Translations under genes and position numbers: made by a program
Source: Bdellovibrionales bacterium
GTDB lineage: Bacteria > Bdellovibrionota > Bdellovibrionia > Bdellovibrionales > JAUICD01
Direction: 5' to 3'
Assembly (NCBI GenBank): GCA_965197425.1
Contig: CBDANC010000014.1
Span: 317,662-381,661 of the forward strand
Length of the DNA: 64,000 bases
Notes under the pieces: model-generated
Told to the model about the DNA's origin: nothing
Seen by the model: only the letters and a program-made list of their open reading frames with translations
Database searches by the model: none
In this document: positions 28,061 to 35,500 of the stretch, one piece after another
Layout: the number at the start of each line of letters is the position of its first letter
Numbering within the stretch: position 1 is the first letter of the stretch

Positions 28061-28465
28061 AAGGTCTTCCGAATCAAGCTAAAAATAGATTGGTGAAATG
28101 CAGGACAAAGTCCAAATGTAACCAAGACATTTTTTAGCTTGAGGGTTGCCCAGCTCTGGACACGAGGCTGATCCCATCACTAAGGTGAGGTTAATGAAGC
28201 TAGAAACAAGGTGACTTGTTGCCTTTTTCTAGCTGAATGCCTGTTCCCTGGTGAACACGATGCCGATCCATTTGCTAAAGGTCTTCCGAATCAAGCTAAA
28301 AATAGATTGGTGAAATGCAGGACAAAGTCCAAATGTAACCAAGACATTTTTTAGCTTGAGGGTTGCCCAGCTCTGGACACGAGGCTGATCCCTTTGCTAA
28401 AGGTCTTCCGAACGAAGAAAAAAACAAGGGGGCCATCGCCTGATCCCCGCTTGCCTGATGCTGGA
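28061..28465 (+). repeat. repeat array: A1 (28061-28174), B module (28175-28277), A2 (28278-28391), truncated module plus tgcctga-type tail
   Basis: A1 and A2 are 114 nt and identical by eye. B has the same architecture (aaggtgaggttaatgaagct ... hairpin aacaag-gtga-cttgtt ... acacgatgccgatcc). Confidence 0.9.
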
Positions 28466-28759
28466 TCATGTATTCTTACACAGTTTGTATAGATATCCTC
28501 CTAGTATACTTGCTTCTTCTATTAGGTTTTTGTGGTTTATGATTTCTAGTATTGCTTGTGTTTCTCTGAGTGACCCTAGGCTTATTGTATGGAATCTTCT
28601 TCTTTCTTTAACTGTTGGTCTGGAACTTCCTTCTGCTAAATTGAGCACAATGCTTAGTATAGCTCTTTGGAATTGGTTCCTGAGTGGTTCTTTCAGGTAC
28701 AGGTTCTTAGAATTATTATAAAATTGAACTGCTAACTGATAAGTTCTAAAATTTTTCAT
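28466..28759 (-). CDS. four-helix-bundle protein (23S rRNA intervening-sequence protein / Avd-like family)
   Basis: FRTYQLAVQFYNNS...LRNQFQRAILSIVLNLAEGSSRPTVKERRRFHTISLGSLRETQAILEI fits the family consensus (QL.RA..SI..NIAEG ... F...A.GS..E). AAGGAGA 8 nt upstream of the ATG. Confidence 0.85.
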   Translation of the reverse strand: MKNFRTYQLAVQFYNNSKNLYLKEPLRNQFQRAILSIVLNLAEGSSRPTVKERRRFHTISLGSLRETQAILEIINHKNLIEEASILGGYLYKLCKNT

Positions 28760-28767
28760 AATATGTT

Positions 28768-28840
28768 GTCTCCTTTTTTAGAAAAAATATTTGCTCCATA
28801 GTTTTTATCTGGGGGGAAATATTTTTTAAAAAAAGGAGAC
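28768..28840 (-). promoter_or_regulatory. long interrupted hairpin that can sequester the Shine-Dalgarno of the four-helix-bundle gene
   Basis: 12 bp (28768-28779 with 28829-28840, gtctcctttttt/aaaaaaggagac) plus 11 bp (28782-28792 with 28817-28827), with a 24-nt loop. The SD arm ends 8 nt upstream of the ATG on the minus strand. Confidence 0.45.
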
Positions 28841-28954
28841 CATCGCCTGACTACCTGTTTGCCCGCCTGCCAGAATGCCTGTCTGCCCGGGTACTTAGTG
28901 ATTGCTTTATATTATGCCTTGTGCTAATTGTTTTTTGGTCTTTAGGGAGTTGCT

Positions 28955-29347
28955 GTGAGTGCAAAGGCAAAAGTGAATGGGAAAACAAATGGTGCCACAG
29001 AGGATTTAGCCTCTGTTACTGGCAAACTTAACAAAAGCAACGTGAATGTCTCTTTTTGCCCTGGGGATACTGTAGAGGTATATGTCAGGGTGAAAGAGGG
29101 AGAAAAGGAGAGGACCCAGGTTTTCAAAGGCTTGATACTAAAAGTCCAAGGCTCTGGTTGTGGAAGGTCTTTCACGGTAAGAAAAATTTCATATGGAGTT
29201 GGAGTGGAGAGAACCTTCCCTTTCACAAGCCCCTTCATACAAAAAGTAAAGCTGATATCTCGTGGTGAAGTTAGAAGAGCAAAGCTATATTATATTAGAA
29301 ATTTGAAGGGTAAGGCTGCTAGAATCAAATCTGAGTTGACTAGATAA
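28955..29347 (+). CDS. rplS: 50S ribosomal protein L19
   Basis: GTG start with GGGAG 5 nt upstream. [31 protein letters not shown]...[21 protein letters not shown]...RRAKLYYIR is the L19 signature region. Confidence 0.9.
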   Translation: MSAKAKVNGKTNGATEDLASVTGKLNKSNVNVSFCPGDTVEVYVRVKEGEKERTQVFKGLILKVQGSGCGRSFTVRKISYGVGVERTFPFTSPFIQKVKLISRGEVRRAKLYYIRNLKGKAARIKSELTR

Positions 29348-29360
29348 ATGTTCAAATCTA

Positions 29361-29477
29361 AAGGTCTTCCTAATCAAGCTAAAAAATGGATTGGTGAAAT
29401 GGTAAGACGGAGTCCAAATGTAACCAAGGCATTTTTTAGCTTGATGGTTGCCCAGCTCTAGAACACGATGCCGATCC
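29361..29477 (+). repeat. A-type repeat module (copy A3)
   Basis: aaggtcttcctaatcaagctaaaaaatggattggtgaaatgg...cattttttagcttg hairpin plus ttgcccagctctagaacacgatgccgatcc. Starts 14 nt after the rplS stop. Confidence 0.85.
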
Positions 29478-29484
29478 CTTTGCC

Positions 29485-29621
29485 AAAGATCTTCCTAACG
29501 AGGACAAAAAACCGACTGCAAAGGAGGTTCATCCAATTGGATAACATAAAGATTCATCCCGTGAGCCAATTGAACCAAAGGCAACAAGTCCACTTGTTTT
29601 TATCCTCATTCGGAAGACTTT
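29485..29621 (+). mobile_element. MITE-like element bounded by ~25-nt imperfect terminal inverted repeats
   Basis: The left end aaagatcttcctaacgaggacaaaaa matches the reverse complement of the right end, aaagtcttccgaatgaggataaaaa (1 indel, 3 mismatches). The core 29511-29580 recurs inverted at 18611-18679. No ORF. Confidence 0.6.
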
Positions 29622-30203
29622 GTGGAATTTGACCCTCAGAAAGAATCTATCATAGGAGTTGATGAGGCCGGGAGAGGGTCTTTGGCGGGGCCTGTTTATG
29701 CTGCTGCTGTTAGGATTAAATGTTTTAAAAATATTTCTGCTTACAAAGACTCAAAGCTTCTAAGCCCAAAAGCCAGAGAAAAGATTTTTGAAGAAATAAT
29801 AACAAATCAAGATTATGCAATAGGCAAAGCAACTGCCAGAGAAATAGAGGAGCTAAACATACTAAATGCAGCACTGCTTGCCATGCGTAGGGCTGTGTTA
29901 GATCTTGGTTTGAGTAAAAAGTTTTTAGTATTAGTTGATGGATCATTTTTAATCCCTGATCTGGATTTAAGACAGGTGGCTTTAACCAAAGGAGAATCCA
30001 GGGCAAAATCAATAGCTGCAGCCTCTATTGTAGCAAAAGTTGCTAGGGATAAGAAAATGTGTAGTCTATCGAAGGAGTATCCTCAATATGGTTTTGAAAC
30101 TCATAAGGGCTATCCAACGCAAGCTCATGTCCAGGCAGTTAAGCGATACGGCCCTTGTCAAATCCATAGAAGAACATTTTCAAAAATCAGAGAACTTATT
30201 TAA
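29622..30203 (+). CDS. rnhB: ribonuclease HII
   Basis: GVDEAGRGSLAGPVYAAAV and the collinear RNase HII core. The GTG start directly abuts the repeat element. Confidence 0.9.
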   Translation: MEFDPQKESIIGVDEAGRGSLAGPVYAAAVRIKCFKNISAYKDSKLLSPKAREKIFEEIITNQDYAIGKATAREIEELNILNAALLAMRRAVLDLGLSKKFLVLVDGSFLIPDLDLRQVALTKGESRAKSIAAASIVAKVARDKKMCSLSKEYPQYGFETHKGYPTQAHVQAVKRYGPCQIHRRTFSKIRELI

Positions 30204-30216
30204 CACCAAGTGGAAT

Positions 30217-30561
30217 GTGGTAGAAAAATTAATAAGCGAAGGGCTTAGAGACCTTGGGTTTAGAATCATAGAAAAAAACTACAAGACTCCTTTTGGAGAA
30301 ATTGACCTGCTTTCGTCTTATAAAAATCAAATGTTTATGATAGAAGTAAAAGCCGTCTCAGAAATTGATATGCTAGATAGACTTAACAGAAGTGGTCAAA
30401 AAACAAGACTTGTTAATATTTATCACTACCTAAACGAGCGGAGTGTCCGCACTTCGAACAAAGCTTCGTATGGTGTGGCAAATTTAAGGACCATGCTAAT
30501 TGTAGTGGAAAGAAAAAGTAAAGAAGTGATAGTCTATCTGGATTATCTTAGCATAGAATAG
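30217..30561 (+). CDS. yraN: YraN-family (UPF0102) endonuclease-like protein
   Basis: GEIDLLSSYKNQMFMIEVKA matches the YraN GEIDLI...VFVEVK core. rnhB-yraN synteny is common. The ORF-track start 30040 overlaps rnhB, so I propose in-frame GTG 30217. The start is uncertain. Confidence 0.6.
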   Translation: MVEKLISEGLRDLGFRIIEKNYKTPFGEIDLLSSYKNQMFMIEVKAVSEIDMLDRLNRSGQKTRLVNIYHYLNERSVRTSNKASYGVANLRTMLIVVERKSKEVIVYLDYLSIE

Positions 30562-30607
30562 TTATCATAGTGTTGGTGGTAAACATAGCGGACGAGCAGT
30601 TGGGTTG

Positions 30608-30759
30608 TTGGTGGAGTACAAAATATAATGTATGTTTTCACCACCATTAAATGCCTCCACCCGCAGGGTGGTGCCTTACGGCACAGGTATTTAATTGGTG
30701 GAGTACAAAATATAATGTATGTTTTCACCACCATTAAATGCCTCCACCCGCAGGGTGGT
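30608..30759 (+). repeat. tandem pair of identical 65-nt units (30608-30672, 30695-30759; period 87 nt) upstream of glnS
   Basis: Unit is ttggtggagtacaaaatataatgtatgttttcaccaccattaaatgcctccacccgcagggtggt. It contains the hairpin ccaccc-gca-gggtgg. A diverged third copy of the 3' part lies at 32734-32778. Confidence 0.9.
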
Positions 30760-30782
30760 AGTAAACAATATAGTAGACAGCA

Positions 30783-32408
30783 ATGAAAACCAATTTTATT
30801 CAACAGATCATCGAAAATTCAAATACAGATGTTGTAACTAGATTTCCTCCAGAGCCTAATGGATATCTACATGTAGGTCATGCCAAAGCTATTTGCTTAA
30901 ACTTTGGGTTAGCAAAAATGTTTAAGGGAAAATGCTTTTTAAGGTTTGATGATACCAATCCAGAAACAGAGAGCGTTGAATATATCAAAGCAATTCAAGA
31001 AGACATAAAGTGGTTGGGATTTCAGTGGAATGGCAAGGCAAGATATGCTTCTGATTACTTTGAAGCTCTTTTTGAGTTAGCGGTTGAGCTTATAAAAAAG
31101 GACCTGGCATTTGTGGATGACGGGAGTGTAGAAGAAATTAGATCCATGAGGGGGTCGCTTACTGCGCCTGGAAAAGAAAGCCCTTATCGAAACAGAATTG
31201 TACAAGAAAACTTAGCGCTCTTTAATCAAATGAGGGAGGGGAAATTTGATGATGGTCAGAAGGTTTTAAGGGCTAAGATAGACATGACAAGTGGAAACAT
31301 GAATTTAAGAGATCCAATTTTATATAGAATAAAAAAAATGTCTCATCCTAGAACAAAAGATTGGGTTATTTATCCAACCTATGATTTTGCACACGGACAA
31401 TCAGATGCAATGGAGCGCATAACTCACTCTATTTGTACTTTGGAATTTGAAGATCACAAACCCTTGTATGATTGGCTTATTGAAAATCTAACTCTTCCTT
31501 CAAGACCAAGGCAGTATGAATTTTCAAGATTAAACTTAGATTATACAGTGATGAGCAAGAGAGCTTTGTTGCATTTGGTAGAAAATAAATATGTATCAGG
31601 TTGGGATGATCCTAGAATGCCCACAATTAGAGGTATGAGAAGAAGGGGATATCCTGCTAGTGCTATAAGAAAAATGTGTGAACTAGTAGGTGTTACAAAA
31701 AAAAATACTATAACCAAGCTTAGTTTTTTGGAGGAGTGTGTAAGAAGACAGTTGGATGATGTTCCTAGACTAATGGCGGTGTTAAAACCAATAAAAGTAG
31801 TTTTAACAAATTATAATGGGGAAGAAATCCTAACTCCGCTTATTCACCCACAAAAACCGGAGCTTGGAAGAAAAAAGTTAATGTTTACAAAACAAATTTT
31901 TATAGAACAAAGTGATTTTATGTTAGAGCCAAAGAAAGGATTTCATAGATTAGGTCCCGGTGGCTTAGTAAGGCTTAGATATGCTTATGTTATTAGATGT
32001 GATGAAGTAACAAAAGACAAACAGGGCAATGTTGTGGAGTTAAGGTGTACTTATTTTCCGGAAACTAAAGGTGGAAAACCATTGGCTAGTGGAAAAAAAG
32101 TAAAGGGAATAATTCATTGGGTTTCATGTATTTATAATAAAAAAATAGAGGCAAGATTATACGACAGATTATTTTTTGCAGAAAATCCTGGAAAAGATTT
32201 TTTGAAAGATCTTAACCCAAATTCCTTGGAGATAATAAAAAATGCCAGAATGGAAAATACAAATAAGGTGGAAACTCCACTCGTATATGAAACATGCCAG
32301 TTTGAAAGATTGGGATTTTTCTGTCCAGATCCAGACTCCACCAAAAAAAATTTAGTAATGAACAAGGTTATTGCATTAAAAGATTCTTATACTGGCACTG
32401 ATTGCTAG
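30783..32408 (+). CDS. glnS: glutaminyl-tRNA synthetase
   Basis: RFPPEPNGYLHVGHAKAICLNFG (HIGH region), VMSKR (KMSKS region), and the GlnRS-type C-terminal anticodon-binding region. Confidence 0.95.
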   Translation: MKTNFIQQIIENSNTDVVTRFPPEPNGYLHVGHAKAICLNFGLAKMFKGKCFLRFDDTNPETESVEYIKAIQEDIKWLGFQWNGKARYASDYFEALFELAVELIKKDLAFVDDGSVEEIRSMRGSLTAPGKESPYRNRIVQENLALFNQMREGKFDDGQKVLRAKIDMTSGNMNLRDPILYRIKKMSHPRTKDWVIYPTYDFAHGQSDAMERITHSICTLEFEDHKPLYDWLIENLTLPSRPRQYEFSRLNLDYTVMSKRALLHLVENKYVSGWDDPRMPTIRGMRRRGYPASAIRKMCELVGVTKKNTITKLSFLEECVRRQLDDVPRLMAVLKPIKVVLTNYNGEEILTPLIHPQKPELGRKKLMFTKQIFIEQSDFMLEPKKGFHRLGPGGLVRLRYAYVIRCDEVTKDKQGNVVELRCTYFPETKGGKPLASGKKVKGIIHWVSCIYNKKIEARLYDRLFFAENPGKDFLKDLNPNSLEIIKNARMENTNKVETPLVYETCQFERLGFFCPDPDSTKKNLVMNKVIALKDSYTGTDC

Positions 32409-32585
32409 CACTGAAAAACCATTGACAACAAACTGTCTTCGCTAGTTTTTGGCGGCGGCCCAACGTTGCACAAGGTCTTCGCACACGTTCCAACATTGAT
32501 TAAATCTGACCATAAACTGTATTTTATTAGGATTTTCTAAAAAAAGTTATAGCAATGTGTATCTTGTTTGCTATGATCTTGTTTC

Positions 32586-35500
32586 ATGGGATGGGGCTTT
32601 CAAAACAAAAACCTTCACAAGGGTATCGACAGTTGTAACACCAACAGTGCTAGTGCTGTTGATGTTGTTGGCGAAGAAGTTAATGCTAAAAACTTTAGTA
32701 ATAACAAATATTTAGCTCCCCCCCCCCCCCCCCAATATAAATTTCCACTATTAAAATGTCTCCACCTGCAAGGTGGTGGGTACTCCACTGGTGGTGGTTT
32801 TACTTTAATAGAGACTGTAGTTGGTTTAGCCTTAGTATCCATATCTGGTTTTGTAGTTACATTTATATCTGGTCAGATGAACACGGCATCTAAGTTGACT
32901 GATGATTCCTATGAATGTGCAGCTATAGCTACTAATGTAATGGAGAGATTTTCTCAGGGTGGCTTAGAGCCTATTGTTTTGCTTAACTCAGAGCATTTCC
33001 CTGGTACTCCTCCTACTGATTTTGAAGCAGCTATAGAAGAAAGAAGCACTATATCTGTAAACACTAGTGGAGAGGCTACTCATAATGCTGGTCCTAATCT
33101 TGTTATAGAGCCTCATGGTAGTAATAGTCACATTACTTTGAAAGTAGATAAGTTTCATAGAGGTAGTGGTGTTAGTTTAGTAGAAGATTTATTTAACGAG
33201 TACCGTTCTACCATATGTCCATCTAATGTAGATAACCTGACCTTTGATCTTGCTAATGATATGGTGATTACCTACAAGGCTGGTAACACTGCTAAGCTGA
33301 TAGACTTACATAAGAAGCTAGATGATGTAAAACCAGCAACTCCAGGACCTGAACCTGATTACTATAAGGAAATGGCTGATGCTAATTTATCTTCTAATAA
33401 CTATGCTTGGGATACTTTTACCTCTGAGTACTTATATGGTTTATCCAAGAGTCTCAAAAATGCCTTAAATTTGCATCTCTTAGCAGGTTTTACTGATTAT
33501 AGTACTAGTTATACTAATACTGCTCAGCCATATGATGTGAAGATAGGTATAAGGCCTTGGAGTTTATCTAATCGTAGTGCTCTTGGTTGTACTGATACTA
33601 AGGTTCATCCAGCAGTCTTTTTAAGACCTGGTTCTAAATATGACAGATACATTACAGATAGTATTTTAGGCACCAACGAATTAGAGAGACAGAATAAGAT
33701 TGGTTATAAGCTGGAGAGGAGTCTAACTTCAGCTAAGATGAGGTCAGATGTAGGTTTGAAGTTATTTGTTGAAGTTAAAACAAGACCTGGTGTGGATAAG
33801 TTAGAAAGATCCTGTAAGTCAAATAAGTTATTTGCTTATGCTAACAGCTTTGCAGTTCCTCCATCTAGAAGACCTGTATATGTTCACCATGACAGAGAGA
33901 TTAAAGATGGTTCTAATGATTTTATAGCTTCCACAACTCACCCTCTTCAAAACAACCCTGGTTTAAATGTTGGTTATAAGTATGGTGCTGCTGATTCTAT
34001 CCCTACTAAGCCTGATGGTGCTACTCATGCTACTCTTAGTGATTATGCTACAGAAGCTACATTAAACTTTAGGAATATTGGTAAGGTTTGGAGAGATGTA
34101 AACAACCCTAGTTCCTTTGCTGATGATGAGGAAGATTTTAGAGGGGTCTTTTTATGTGGTTTTGAGAAGAATCGTTTTGAAGACTGTGTTAAAGGCCCCC
34201 CCGATTGTGATGATATACCAGGTTTAAGCTCCTATAGGACTTTTGGTACTAATGGTGCACATAAGGCTGGTATAAGAAGCTATGATACTGAGTATGGTAG
34301 TAGAGATGGCTCCGTAAACTCATCTAGGAGATGGGATTTATGTGAGAACTTTAAGCTTACCCCCAGTCAATCTAATAATTCTACCACACTAAAAGCCAGT
34401 GCATCCAATGTAGATGATGGTAAGTTAGGACTTGAGTTAGATAATTTAAATGTATCCAGTTGGCCTGATGAAGATCAGGATGCTGATTATAGAGTTAGAT
34501 TTAAGTTAGTAGATGAATATGGTAATGATTACTCTGCCACAGAAAATGGACAGATACAGGAGGATGATTATACCGAGGAGCATAGAGTTTTTGCCTACAA
34601 CTGTGCACAGTTTGGTAATACTCATGCTTCTGGTAGTTATCAAAATCCCCCTATAGGCTGTGGAGTTATAAATCCTGATCCTAATATTGCTAAGTACAAC
34701 CGTAGGATAGATAATCCTTTCTATAATACCCAAGCAGATTGTGAACATCAGTTTAACCTACTTTCCAGCCCCAGTGCTCAATGTGTGAAAGTTACTAATA
34801 TTAGGGTTTACAATGATTATTTTGATGATTCCATAGAGGAGAGGACAGGTCCTGCGAACAGCCCTGTTCGTCCTGTTAATGGTACTGGAGTTACCTGTGA
34901 TTATTGGGTTGAGCAATGTGTAAAAGATGGTACAGCCTGTGTGCAATGTGGCCAAGGTTATATGCGTGATTATCCTAATGCCACAAGACAATCTTGTCAT
35001 GGAGGTTCTGCAAGCTTAGGTGGAGTTACCTGTTATAAAGCAGGCTCTCATTGTTGTCATAATGATTATGGTAGTTTTAACTGTTTTACAGGTAAGGATC
35101 CTTGTTCAAATCCTAATGGTTGTGGATTTAACCAAGATCCTACCTGTGGAGCTACCTGTGGTGATAACGGCCACGGATGTAATATTTGTACAGGAGCTAC
35201 TCCTTGTAACACAGCTGGTTGTGATAGTTGTAGTTTTGGTACTGCTGGAGTTTGTCAATATAAGTGTAGTTTCCCTACTCAGTACTGTGATGGTGCTAGT
35301 AATTGTGTAGAATGTCTGAATGACGGCCACTGTGGTGGTAATGATATATGTTGTTCTTACAGTTGTAAGGCCCCATGTAGTCCAGATTCTGATCAATGTG
35401 AGGAGTGTGCTAGTGATTGTGCATCTCCTCATTCAATATGTGGTTCTGGTGAAGGGTGTAATGGTAGTGGGTGTTGTGTAGAGCTACCGCCTTGGTGTAA

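Noticed and set aside
28061-28465. Possible CRISPR array (identical direct repeats with intervening sequence).
   Set aside because: The repeats are 114 nt, far longer than CRISPR repeats, and there are only two perfect copies. The apparent spacer is itself a diverged member of the same repeat family. No cas genes or leader are present.
28466-28759. A diversity-generating retroelement implied by the Avd-like four-helix-bundle protein.
   Set aside because: No reverse transcriptase ORF is anywhere in the window. No template/variable repeat pair shows adenine-specific differences, and no C-type lectin target gene lies nearby. Only the accessory-type protein is present.
30562-30782. A T-box riboswitch leader for glnS (the unit ends in cagGGTGGTgcc / GGGTGGTAg, which resembles the T-box GGGTGGTACCGCG).
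   Set aside because: I could not find a Stem I with a specifier loop, an AG bulge or distal loop motifs, or a terminator/antiterminator with a U-run. The region is just two copies of a 65-nt repeat. The same motif also occurs inside the giant ORF 5' end, which a glnS-specific T-box would not explain.
30543-30803. An 86-aa minus-strand ORF with an internally duplicated peptide (PPCGWRHLMVVKTYIIFCTPP twice).
   Set aside because: It is the translation of the tandem 65-nt repeat. It overlaps the glnS start and the yraN end and has no RBS.
32755-32892. Out-of-frame ATG at 32755 (MSPPARWWVLHWWW...) as the real start of the giant gene, requiring a programmed frameshift, and MPPPAGW mini-ORFs in the glnS-proximal repeat copies as proline-stalling leader peptides.
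   Set aside because: No SD precedes these ATGs and I saw no slippery site for a frameshift into the pilin frame. The +1 peptide is Trp-rich nonsense that terminates after 45 codons. The conservation is explained equally well by the hairpin.
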